From Candidatus Poseidoniaceae archaeon (lineage in GTDB: Archaea; Thermoplasmatota; Poseidoniia; Poseidoniales; Poseidoniaceae), in NCBI GenBank assembly GCA_023254445.1, contig JALRLN010000002.1, forward strand, positions 1-53,217: 53,217 bases of DNA. The letters run 5' to 3'. Both the position numbers and the translations under genes were made by a program. The notes under the pieces were generated by a model. That model saw only the letters and a program-made list of their open reading frames with translations. It made no database searches and was not told the DNA's origin. Positions 17,740 to 26,578 of this stretch are shown piece by piece. Positions within the stretch are counted from its first letter, which is position 1. Each line of letters begins with the position of its first letter.

Positions 17740-18852
17740 TCAGGACAGAATCTCTTCGAGCCGGTCCTGTTCCAACGCCAACCTCACGGAGCGGGCAATG
17801 CGCCGACCTGTGGACATGAAGGGTTCGTTGATGTCGGAATAGGGGGAGCCTCCGACGAAGGGATTCGAGCCTGCCACGATACGAGCGGAGATCTCGAAGA
17901 CCTTGAACTCAAGTTGATCCGTGACGATGGTCTCCAGGCAAAAGGGCCCGATCATGCCACGTGCACCTTCTTCCAACTCAAACGAGGACGCCACCGTCCC
18001 CTCGGCCATCTCGAAGGCCTTTGGAAGCAGGGATTCACGGATGACCACGGGTTGGTTGCCGGTGACAACGAACGAAGGCTCGAGGGCCATTTCGCGAAGG
18101 TCCCTGAGCGAGCCGAGCTTGTAGAATTCGTCCACGTTCGATTCATCCCGTCGGTCCATCGAGAGCAGTTCAAGCCGGCCGAGGGACTGGCCCTCGTGTC
18201 GACCTCGACCCTGCACTTGGAAGCCGCCTTCAGCGGTTGGGTCAAAGAAGAAATGGAGGTAATACCGGCAGCCGAGAACGTATTCCTGAATGGTGAATTC
18301 CTCTTCGATGTCGACGTTTCGACGGAAGTCACGGTAGTCGCGGGCGATGAAGTACCCTCGGCCGCCTTTGGCGCCCGCGTACTTGACGATGACAGGCCCA
18401 TCGATGTCCTTCGGGTCGTGCACCACGCGCGGCATGGTGCAGCCGCCGTCTTCGAGCCAGTGACGTTGGCGCTCACGGCTCGACTCCCAATGCAAGATGC
18501 CTCGGTTGCCGAAGGTCGGCACTTGGAGTTCTCGGAAATTGTCGGAGCCAAGGTACTCCACGAGTGAACCGTGCGGGACGATGATCACGTTTCGTTCGCG
18601 CAACCATGCTGCCTTGTCCATAAGTTGCTGGTAGTCGTCGAGCATGAGCCACTCGTCGGGGTCTGCGCCTGGGAAAGCAGCGTAGAACCGTCGGCGCTCC
18701 TCGCCGACGGCGATGCCAAGCGTCCGAAAGCCTTCCATTCGTGCTCCGTGAAGGATCTGAAGCGAAGAATGGGAGGCCACCACCCCGATGGTGATGCTCG
18801 CCGGGTCGTAGCCGGCCAACCAGCCGGCGAGGGTTTGACCATCCACGCCCAT
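17740..18852 (-). CDS. purP: 5-formaminoimidazole-4-carboxamide ribonucleotide (FAICAR) synthetase
   Basis: ITIGVVASHSSLQILHGARMEGF, an ATP-grasp body and CRYYLHFFFDP. The Met at 18852 gives an N-terminus of canonical length. The listed 70-aa R/P-rich extension would run past the divergent kynA start at 18957. Confidence 0.88.
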   Translation of the reverse strand: MGVDGQTLAGWLAGYDPASITIGVVASHSSLQILHGARMEGFRTLGIAVGEERRRFYAAFPGADPDEWLMLDDYQQLMDKAAWLRERNVIIVPHGSLVEYLGSDNFRELQVPTFGNRGILHWESSRERQRHWLEDGGCTMPRVVHDPKDIDGPVIVKYAGAKGGRGYFIARDYRDFRRNVDIEEEFTIQEYVLGCRYYLHFFFDPTAEGGFQVQGRGRHEGQSLGRLELLSMDRRDESNVDEFYKLGSLRDLREMALEPSFVVTGNQPVVIRESLLPKAFEMAEGTVASSFELEEGARGMIGPFCLETIVTDQLEFKVFEISARIVAGSNPFVGGSPYSDINEPFMSTGRRIARSVRLALEQDRLEEILS

Positions 18853-18956
18853 ACGGTCAGGTTTCAAACCCGCTCTATGACCATTGTCGTCCTCATCGGG
18901 GGACTGCGAACCGGTGGTGTCCGGGCGGTGGCTTTTCATGCCGTCTGCAGGCTGGC

Positions 18957-20051
18957 ATGGCCATGGTGGACGAAGGAAAGCGCCTGACCTACGCCGGATA
19001 CCTCCGGCTCGGCGACCTTCTCGGTCTCCAGGCCGGTCCAGATGGGCATGTGCCCGCTCCAAGCCCAGATGAGCAACACTTCATCATCGTGCATCAGGCT
19101 TACGAACTCTGGTTCAAACAAATCCTGACGGAACTCGACGCGGTGGTCTCCGGTCTGGGTCGCTCAGACGTTCCTGAGGGCGACGTCCCCCGGGCCGTTC
19201 GCCACCTCGAACGGGTTTCGGAAATCCTCCGTCTGTTGTCTGCACAATGGAAGGTGATGGAAACGCTGGCGCCTCAGGAGTTCTTGGCGTTCCGGGACCG
19301 TCTCGGAACGTCTTCAGGTTTTGAGTCGTGGCAGATGCGCGCCCTCGAGTTGACCCTCGGCTTGGCCGACGAACAGCGTGTTGAGGGCGTCGATCCGATC
19401 GGGCACCTTCGCCGTTTGCATCAGGCGGGGGACATGCCTGACGCAGCGATGGATGACCTTGAGCGTCGCCTTTCGTCCCCTTCCTTGCACGACGTGCTTC
19501 TTGGTTGGCTTCAGCGCACCCCCATCGATGGTTCATCGCCTGGTGACGATTCGGACGACACGGCGGTCGCCGCTTTTGTTGACGGGCACCTCGCTGCGAT
19601 GAGGGCCCACGGGGCGGAGGTCGTCAAACGCATGGTGGCCGTTGGTCAAGGCGACCCGACCGCGCTGAGCGGCCGCGTGCAGGCGGGCGTGGATGCTGCT
19701 GAAGCCTTCCTTCGCCCGAATGGGCAGGTGCATCGGGCGCATGCTGGCCTGTTGTACATCGAGTCCCACCGGGACCTCCCCTTGCTGGCGTGGCCACGGC
19801 GCTTGGTCGACACCATCGTGGAAGTGGAGCAATCGATGCTTGCCTTCCGCCATGCGCATGCGCGTATGGTGGAGCGGATGATCGGCCGCAGGATGGGGAC
19901 CGGCGGGTCCGCCGGGGTGGATTACCTCGATGCGACGACAAAGTACCGCGTGTTCACGGAGTTGTGGGCGGTTCGAACGATGCTGGTCCGGGAGGACCTG
20001 TTGCCTGAGCCGAAGGATGCCGCGTTCTACGGCTTTGCGGAACGGCGTTGA
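18957..20051 (+). CDS. kynA: Tryptophan 2,3-dioxygenase
   Basis: Motifs YAGYLRLGDLLGLQ, DEQHFIIVHQAYELWFKQIL, SSGFESWQMR and MGTGGSAGVDYL. Confidence 0.88.
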   Translation: MAMVDEGKRLTYAGYLRLGDLLGLQAGPDGHVPAPSPDEQHFIIVHQAYELWFKQILTELDAVVSGLGRSDVPEGDVPRAVRHLERVSEILRLLSAQWKVMETLAPQEFLAFRDRLGTSSGFESWQMRALELTLGLADEQRVEGVDPIGHLRRLHQAGDMPDAAMDDLERRLSSPSLHDVLLGWLQRTPIDGSSPGDDSDDTAVAAFVDGHLAAMRAHGAEVVKRMVAVGQGDPTALSGRVQAGVDAAEAFLRPNGQVHRAHAGLLYIESHRDLPLLAWPRRLVDTIVEVEQSMLAFRHAHARMVERMIGRRMGTGGSAGVDYLDATTKYRVFTELWAVRTMLVREDLLPEPKDAAFYGFAERR

Positions 20052-20053
20052 GG

Positions 20054-20317
20054 TCACGCTTCGTGTGGGTCGATGTCGATGGGGATCAGTTCGTGCTCGT
20101 ACTCGAAGAGGGCAATCTTGAGCGGGTCGAGGACGAAGCGCACGCCGGCTTCTTCGTGTCCGTGAAGCGAGACGAGTTCTTCGCGGAAGGCCTCACGGAG
20201 GTCGTCTTCCTTCGCAAACAGGGGCGCGCCCATGCCAATCTGAAGGGCGCGTGCACCGATGATTCGAGCGCGCTCAAAGCGGGTGTGGGGTCGTGCTGGC
20301 TTCACCATGGGGCGCAC
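20054..20317 (-). CDS. rpoK: DNA-directed RNA polymerase subunit K (Rpo6/omega-like)
   Basis: [21 protein letters not shown] core. It is somewhat longer than usual because of an internal acidic insertion. Confidence 0.85.
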   Translation of the reverse strand: MRPMVKPARPHTRFERARIIGARALQIGMGAPLFAKEDDLREAFREELVSLHGHEEAGVRFVLDPLKIALFEYEHELIPIDIDPHEA

Positions 20318-20389
20318 CTGCGAGCGAACTCGCAGTGCGGCGACCGATGAGGCCTTCTTGAAGCCTTTGCCCGCAAGGTGACGGGCACC

Positions 20390-21118
20390 TTACCCCTCCT
20401 CGTCGTGACTTGGCGTCCCGTTGATGCGCATTGAACGCACGTGGAGGGCCACTGCGGGAGCCACCAAAACGACCAGCCCGGCCGTGATGCCGGCCACAGC
20501 GAGCGGTGGCAGTGGCGGGCGCGTCGAGGCTTCGGTGGGCGTTGCCAAGGCCGCCACGAGCGAGCCGTTGCTCGAAGGATCCGCGATCACCACCGTGACG
20601 TCGCCCTGTTCGGCTCCGGCGACGGAAGCGGCGACGGTGACGTGCGGGATGCTTGTGTTGATGTGAGCCTTCGCCGTCGCAGACCATCCAGCCGTGCTCA
20701 GGTTCGCATGGGCACCTGCGGGAAGGCTCCAAGCGTTGCTCGCGAGGGCTTCTTCCAAGCGCATCGCCATGGTTTCACCGCTGAGCAGTGCTTGCCCATC
20801 AACGACGATGGCCGGCAGACCGAGCAGCCCGTAGTGCGTTGAAAATCGGAGGTGCGATGCGTTGGAGAACGCAGCGTCCGCCGCGGACGGTCGATGGTGC
20901 ACCACGAGAACTCCATCCACAGTGAGGTTGTTCAGCATCGCCTCCACCGGACGGCAGGGTTCGCACCAATCGGCCCCAAAGTACTCGACGATGCGAAACG
21001 GCGTGGCGTTCGTGCAGTCCTCATCGACGCAAACCGCTCCCCACGCCGCATCTTCTGCTGCCGCAGGAGGCGCAGCGAAGACGACCATCGCCAACAGCAG
21101 CACTCCTGCGAGGCGCAT
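20390..21118 (-). CDS. Secreted, C-terminally anchored thioredoxin-fold protein (CxxC)
   Basis: Signal-like MRLAGVLLLAMVVFAAPPAAA. VEYFGADWCEPCRP (CxxC) is followed by LGLPAIVVDG. C-terminal TM VAGITAGLVVLVAPAVAL. Confidence 0.6.
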   Translation of the reverse strand: MRLAGVLLLAMVVFAAPPAAAEDAAWGAVCVDEDCTNATPFRIVEYFGADWCEPCRPVEAMLNNLTVDGVLVVHHRPSAADAAFSNASHLRFSTHYGLLGLPAIVVDGQALLSGETMAMRLEEALASNAWSLPAGAHANLSTAGWSATAKAHINTSIPHVTVAASVAGAEQGDVTVVIADPSSNGSLVAALATPTEASTRPPLPPLAVAGITAGLVVLVAPAVALHVRSMRINGTPSHDEEG

Positions 21119-21139
21119 GCCCGTGGGAGGTGGACGGTG

Positions 21140-21146
21140 TTAATAG
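21140..21146. promoter_or_regulatory. Shared TATA-like element (TTAATAG / CTATTAA) in a 52-nt divergent spacer
   Basis: It is the only AT-rich element between start 21118 (-) and start 21171 (+). Its centre is about 25 nt and 28 nt from the two start codons. No SD motif on either side. Confidence 0.35.
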
Positions 21147-21170
21147 AGGACGTCGGGCGGGTGGTGAGCA

Positions 21171-22235
21171 ATGGAACACGGGAAGCGTCGAGCATCCCTG
21201 CTCCCGCTCGGCCTCGTGCTCGCGGCGCTGGTTATCGTCGTGGCCGGAGGGACGATCCGTATCCTCGACGCCGGAGAATCGTGCCCAGACTGGCCGACCT
21301 GCTTCGGCACCTGGGGGTTCAGCGTCGATGACGATGAGCAAGCCGCGTGGTGGGCTGCAAATCCCAACGCGGGTGAAGACACGCGTGGGGCAGACCACCG
21401 GTATTCGGAACTCGAAATTTTCTCAGAATGGGTCCACCGCTTGCTTGTCGGCATCGTCGCCCTTCCTGTGGCCGTGAACGCGCTGCTCATGCACGCATGG
21501 AGGGACAGGTACGGGCAGCGCGTTCGCAACGTCGCAGTGCTCGCAGGGGTGCTTCTTGTTCTCCAAGCCACCGCGGGCGCGCTCACCGTGGTCTTTGACA
21601 ACCGTGACTGGACGGTCGCCATGCACCTTGGGCTGGCCACGGTGTGGATCGCGACGCTCATCCATCAATGGCTGTTGATGCGGGTCGTCGAAGGTGCATC
21701 GTGGCCGATCCTCAGCCTCCACGCGGCCCATCGCGCCGCGCACGGCCGAAGGATCGATGCAGCGGCGGGCGCCGTTCTGCTGCTGTTGCTGCTCGGTGCA
21801 TGGGTCTCCTCGACCGCGCCCGGTGCTCAGTACAATCAGGCGTGTTCCGTTGGGTTCCCTGAGGGTTGGCCAGCCTGCCGAGGGCAGTTGCTTCCCGATG
21901 CCGATGGCCCCGGTGTCATTGTTCAGATGATTCATCGCATCGGTGCGCTGCTGGTGGGCGTCATCCTCATCCTTGGCGGGAGCCGCCTGCGGGCCGCCGC
22001 CATCGGCGACGGCGTTGAGCCTTCCCTGGCGAGGGCAATGGACGTCACGGCCGGCTTTTGGTTGGCCAACCTCCTCGTCGGTGGAGGTTACATCGTGTTT
22101 GCAGATGCGGATGGTTTCCCCGAAGGACTCTCCTTGCTGCATCTCGTGCTCGGTGTCGCTTCGGCGTTGGTCATCCTCAGTGCAGCCCTCCTCCTCCGGG
22201 TCCCTGACGACCTCCGTGGAGGTGCTGAGGAATGA
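21171..22235 (+). CDS. ctaA: Heme A synthase
   Basis: CPDWPTCFG in the first loop, a second Cys pair (CSVGFPEGWPAC), and multiple His-bearing TM helices. Confidence 0.88.
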   Translation: MEHGKRRASLLPLGLVLAALVIVVAGGTIRILDAGESCPDWPTCFGTWGFSVDDDEQAAWWAANPNAGEDTRGADHRYSELEIFSEWVHRLLVGIVALPVAVNALLMHAWRDRYGQRVRNVAVLAGVLLVLQATAGALTVVFDNRDWTVAMHLGLATVWIATLIHQWLLMRVVEGASWPILSLHAAHRAAHGRRIDAAAGAVLLLLLLGAWVSSTAPGAQYNQACSVGFPEGWPACRGQLLPDADGPGVIVQMIHRIGALLVGVILILGGSRLRAAAIGDGVEPSLARAMDVTAGFWLANLLVGGGYIVFADADGFPEGLSLLHLVLGVASALVILSAALLLRVPDDLRGGAEE

Positions 22236-23233
22236 GCGAGGGTCGAACCCTGCCTCAGTCCCTCATGGCGCTGATGAAGCTCCGCGTCGTTGTGCTGCTG
22301 CAAATCACGGCCGTGTGCGCAATCCTGACCCACGACCTCTTGCTTCGGCACGGGGTGCTTGGCGACCTGCCTTTGCGTTCGTGGCTTGACACAGCGGAGG
22401 CCGTGGCCCTCACCGTCGTGGCCGGGACGCTCTCTGCTGGGGGTTCAAACGCGATCAACATGTGGTACGACGCGGACATCGACCCACACATGGCTCGAAC
22501 GGCGAGCCGGCCGGTTCCGGCCGGTGACGTCTCGGCCCGCACGGCCCTGGTCTTCGGCCTCCTCATCGCCACGCTCGGCAGCGGCCTCTTTCTGTTGGCC
22601 CATTGGAAAGCGGCGATGTGGTCGGCCTTCTCCGTCGTCTTTTACGTGCTTGTGTACACCATGGGGTTGAAGCGTCGCACGCCACAAAACATCGTCATCG
22701 GTGGGATTGCCGGCTCCACACCTCCGCTCATCGGGTGGGCCGTTGCCGCCGCGTCAACGGGCATGCTCGACACAGGAGGTCTGTTGTCCCTCGGTTCTGT
22801 CGTTCCATGGATGCTGTTCATGCTGATCTTCCTGTGGACACCCCCCCATTTCTGGGCGCTCGCGCTCTACCGTTCGGGGGAATACGGCAAGGTCGGTGTG
22901 CCCATGATGCCCGATGTGCACGGGCCAGAGCGCACGGTGTTGGAATCGAAGGTGTACTGCATGCTTCTTCTGGTCCTCGGCCTCGTTCCCGTGCTCTGGC
23001 CAGCGTCGGGCTTGTCCCTGGCCTGGGTGCTGGTCGCGTGCGTGCTCAGCCTCCGCTATGCGCGCACGGTGTGGGCCATCGACCTTGACGAAGCCCTCGA
23101 CGATCAGGGTCGAATGCCCACCGCGCGCGCCTCCTTTTTCGCTTCCTTGCGTTACCTTGCCCTGATGTTCATCGCCGTCGTGATGTTCGCGGCCGTGCCC
23201 CCGTCATGGCTTGGCCCGCTCGGGCCACTGTGA
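22232..23233 (+). CDS. ctaB: Protoheme IX farnesyltransferase (heme O synthase)
   Basis: ATGA overlap with ctaA. UbiA-family motif NMWYDADIDPHMARTASRPVPAG. Confidence 0.92.
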   Translation: MSEGRTLPQSLMALMKLRVVVLLQITAVCAILTHDLLLRHGVLGDLPLRSWLDTAEAVALTVVAGTLSAGGSNAINMWYDADIDPHMARTASRPVPAGDVSARTALVFGLLIATLGSGLFLLAHWKAAMWSAFSVVFYVLVYTMGLKRRTPQNIVIGGIAGSTPPLIGWAVAAASTGMLDTGGLLSLGSVVPWMLFMLIFLWTPPHFWALALYRSGEYGKVGVPMMPDVHGPERTVLESKVYCMLLLVLGLVPVLWPASGLSLAWVLVACVLSLRYARTVWAIDLDEALDDQGRMPTARASFFASLRYLALMFIAVVMFAAVPPSWLGPLGPL

Positions 23234-23301
23234 GCCAGCAAGACGCCTTCTGAAGCCGTTGAAGGCGATGAGTTCTTCAAGCGTCGAGGTGACCTTCCAT
23301 C

Positions 23302-26300
23302 ATGATGCAGGACGCCGTCAGGCAGCATGGGCGTCCATTTGCCCTCGTGGCGATGCTCTTGGCGACTGGCCTGCTCGCCATGGTTCCGACCACCGCGGCT
23401 GCAAACGGTGACCTCGCCATCGTGGAAGCGGCTTCACCCGTGGACAACGGATATGTGAACGTCCTCGAAGCCTCCTCCTTCTCGGTCCTGATCCGAAACG
23501 ACGACGCCCAGAGCAGCGCTCCCCGCAACATCGGTTGGGAGGCCTGCCCAACCGGCGCGCCGAGCGGCCACGCCCACTGCTACAGCGGCTCGGGAACCGT
23601 CCCCGGCATGGCTCCCAACGCGGAGGTCGAGTTCAGTTTCGACCTGTGGAATCCAGAAGGAAGCGAGCAAGGGAGTTCGTTTGGCTGGGCAACGGGCGTT
23701 GTGGAGCGGAACTACACGCTCACCTACTCGTTCGACGATGGCGACTTCGACACCAGCGACGACACCTTGGCCATCGCCATCATCTACTCCAAGGCCTTCG
23801 CGAACGCAGAAGTGGCTGCTCAAGATCCACGAGATGGGCTTGCTGGCCTTGGTTCGGACCCAACCTATGGGGGGGTCCTCAACACCAACGTCACCTACCC
23901 GCAGAGCGGCGACGACTGGCAGGCGCAAATCTCCACGTGGCTGTGCGATTCCTGCCAGCGAAGCGTGGAGTGGGGATGGCGGCTGTACGAGCAAGGAGGG
24001 TCGACCCCAATCGCTTCTTCCAGCACGATGCTCAGCCTGAATGGCTTCGCGTGGGGTGGTGCGTCCACCTTCACCCGTGATCTCCCAAGTTTTTCGCACA
24101 ACGTCTCCGGCGTGTTTGACCTGGAGTTTGGATTGTTGAATGCCTCGGACGACCTCGTTCCTGAGGACAACGTGCACCGTATCACGTTGCGGTTCGACGA
24201 CACGTCCGACCTCTACTTGTTCGACCTCGTCCCAACGCACAACACGGAGGACCCAAGCGCACCGTGGTATTACGGAACCGATGCGTTGCAGGCCAGCGTG
24301 GAGAACCGTGGAAACACCACGCTTTCCGGCCTGTCGATGCGCCTCGTGGTCACGGACGTCTTCGCAACAACCGTGATCGACGTGAACGACATGGAAGCGG
24401 ATTATTCGTGTGCGCTGCCAACCATGACGCCGGGAATGACGCACACGTGCACCTTCGACCTGCTGATCGATTTCGACGATGACCTGCTCACGCTGACCGT
24501 TTCGGTGCCGCAGATCCTGATGGTCTGGCCGGACGTGTCTCCCGAGGACAACGTCATCCAGGAGGTCAACGTGCCCATCGTCCCCGGGCCCGTCGGCGCT
24601 TCAATCACACAACGGAACGCCGCCGGGGTGAACACGAACGGCGTCTACACGACGAACGACATCATCACCTTCGTGGCGCGCACCGCCAGCACAGCGGCAC
24701 AGCCCGTGAACTACAGTTGGTACCTGAACGGACTGGCTGAACTAGGGTTCGGTCAAACGATTCAGGTCGATGCAGGTGAGCTCGGCATCGGTGAAGATTA
24801 CCAGGTGGCCCTCATTGTTCGACCCGCTGTTGGAGACGCCGTGTCCCTCTTCACCAGTTTTGACGTGCTCCAATACGTCCCGATTGAGGGCGGTGACGCC
24901 TTCTTCGGGGGGGCCGTCAGTGCCCAGCCTGCGGTGCTGGAGCACGACGTGCAACTTCCGGTCCTCGGTGCGAAGTACTACATTGGCAACGGAAAGCAAC
25001 CCCTGATGATTCACTCCTTCGGCATCGTTGACCCTGTCACAGGGTCCGATGACGTTGGGTTGGTGGACATGCGCATCCAGTTCAACCTCAGTGCACTGCT
25101 TCCGTCGAACATCAATGCCTCCACGGTTGAACTCCGCCTTCTTGACGCCGCGGACCAACCGGAATGGAACTTCATCACGCCGCCCAACGACCTTCCAATC
25201 CACAACGAGGACGGCACGGTGGACGTGGTGTTCCGCGAAAACGTCGTCATCCTCTTCGTCGGCGTGCTTCCAAAACCGGACGTCGCCATCGACGACATTG
25301 ATTTGATTCGTCGACCTGCAGGTCACCTCGAAGTAGCGTGGAACGTCAGCGGGGACGTCACCAACCCCTACCTTGCAGGATGGAACATCTACCGCATCAC
25401 CGCACCTGACACGGCGTCGACGTACTTCCCTTCACCCGAGGCGAACACCGGCCTTTCCTTCTGGGAAGACTACACCGAAACAACCTACGTGGCTTCCGTT
25501 CCCTTGGCCACCACGTCATGGTTCGACCCTGAGCCCCTCGATGCCGGCTTTTGCAGCTCGTACCTGCTCGCCCCCGCGGACCGCTCCGGCGCCTCCGACC
25601 TCGGGCGCGTCGCCGTCAGCCACGCTGAGAACGGCTTGCCCGGACTGTTTTGCGGTGACGCGATCGAACCCTTGATCGAAGTCTACGAGTTCAGGGCGGA
25701 AGCGTGGTTCAACAACGACACGGCGTGTTACCAACGCGCGGGCGATTGGAACCGATGCTACGAGGTTGACCTGTCGTGGACATGGCCTGACCACGAACCG
25801 GAAGGTCCGGTGTCCTGGGACCTGTATCGCCTCGAATCCGACCCGAGCGGGGTGGACCTTGCGGTCCTCACCCCGTTGCTCTCCGGCATGGTCGGCGAAC
25901 CGGGCACCACGTCCACCTACCACACCGACGGATTCGGCGACGACCCGGTTCGCCCCTACCGGACGTACTACTACGTGCTCGCGCCCACCGACGCTGTTGG
26001 GAACCCGAACACCGTGGTTGCAGAATCATCGGGCAACGTTGTTCGTGTTCACATCGACGACGAATGGTGGGACTACAACCAGCACCTCATCCCCGAGCCT
26101 CCTCCTGAGCCCGAGCCCCCGTTGGGCAGCCCATGGGTTGGTGAGTTCCTGGACAAGATGGCCTCCGATGGCCTGTTCCAGAGCGCGCTCGGCGTCAGCC
26201 TTGCGTCCCTCCTTGTGGTGCTGGTCATGCTCCCCGTCGTGCTCAACAAAGGCAAGCGGCTCAAGCGTGTGGTTCGAGCACGGGCGCGACGTCAGCGTTC

Positions 26301-26337
26301 GGACAACATGGCTGACGAATTGGACGACTTCTTCTGA
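23302..26337 (+). CDS. 1011-aa acidic cell-surface protein (signal peptide, C-terminal TM anchor)
   Basis: Signal-like FALVAMLLATGLLAMVPTTAAA. At least 10 N-x-S/T sequons. C-terminal TM LGVSLASLLVVLVMLPVVL is followed by a basic then acidic tail (KGKRLKRVVRARARRQRSDNMADELDDFF). Confidence 0.75.
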   Translation: MMQDAVRQHGRPFALVAMLLATGLLAMVPTTAAANGDLAIVEAASPVDNGYVNVLEASSFSVLIRNDDAQSSAPRNIGWEACPTGAPSGHAHCYSGSGTVPGMAPNAEVEFSFDLWNPEGSEQGSSFGWATGVVERNYTLTYSFDDGDFDTSDDTLAIAIIYSKAFANAEVAAQDPRDGLAGLGSDPTYGGVLNTNVTYPQSGDDWQAQISTWLCDSCQRSVEWGWRLYEQGGSTPIASSSTMLSLNGFAWGGASTFTRDLPSFSHNVSGVFDLEFGLLNASDDLVPEDNVHRITLRFDDTSDLYLFDLVPTHNTEDPSAPWYYGTDALQASVENRGNTTLSGLSMRLVVTDVFATTVIDVNDMEADYSCALPTMTPGMTHTCTFDLLIDFDDDLLTLTVSVPQILMVWPDVSPEDNVIQEVNVPIVPGPVGASITQRNAAGVNTNGVYTTNDIITFVARTASTAAQPVNYSWYLNGLAELGFGQTIQVDAGELGIGEDYQVALIVRPAVGDAVSLFTSFDVLQYVPIEGGDAFFGGAVSAQPAVLEHDVQLPVLGAKYYIGNGKQPLMIHSFGIVDPVTGSDDVGLVDMRIQFNLSALLPSNINASTVELRLLDAADQPEWNFITPPNDLPIHNEDGTVDVVFRENVVILFVGVLPKPDVAIDDIDLIRRPAGHLEVAWNVSGDVTNPYLAGWNIYRITAPDTASTYFPSPEANTGLSFWEDYTETTYVASVPLATTSWFDPEPLDAGFCSSYLLAPADRSGASDLGRVAVSHAENGLPGLFCGDAIEPLIEVYEFRAEAWFNNDTACYQRAGDWNRCYEVDLSWTWPDHEPEGPVSWDLYRLESDPSGVDLAVLTPLLSGMVGEPGTTSTYHTDGFGDDPVRPYRTYYYVLAPTDAVGNPNTVVAESSGNVVRVHIDDEWWDYNQHLIPEPPPEPEPPLGSPWVGEFLDKMASDGLFQSALGVSLASLLVVLVMLPVVLNKGKRLKRVVRARARRQRSDNMADELDDFF

Positions 26338-26398
26338 GCCACCCGTTCAGTCCCATCACCGATGGCTTCTTGACAGCGGCACAGGTGGCCCGGCTGCT

Positions 26399-26485
26399 GC
26401 GGTGATCGCATAGCCTGGCCATTGCGCTGGATTGCTAATCCAGTGGGTTCTACCCACGGGGGTTCGAATCCCCCTCACCGCGCCA
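26399..26485 (+). tRNA. tRNA-Ser (anticodon GCU), class II with long variable arm, CCA encoded
   Basis: Hand-folded. Acceptor GCGGTGA/TCACCGC. Anticodon stem CTGGA/TCCAG with loop TTGCTAA. Variable arm TGGGTTCTACCCAC. T-arm GGGGG-TTCGAAT-CCCCC. Discriminator G plus CCA. Confidence 0.93.
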
Positions 26486-26578
26486 ATGCACAACAACCGG
26501 ATGCATGGTGTACGGGGTGCTTCCGGTGGACCTTCCTTGCATCGCGACGACAGCCTCATCAGTTGTCGGGGCCGGTGG

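Noticed and set aside
26432-26578. N-terminal 49 codons of the listed ORF 26432-27652
   Set aside because: This portion overlaps the 3' half of the tRNA-Ser gene (26399-26485) on the same strand. The Met at 26579 gives a canonical short charged leader before the hydrophobic helix.
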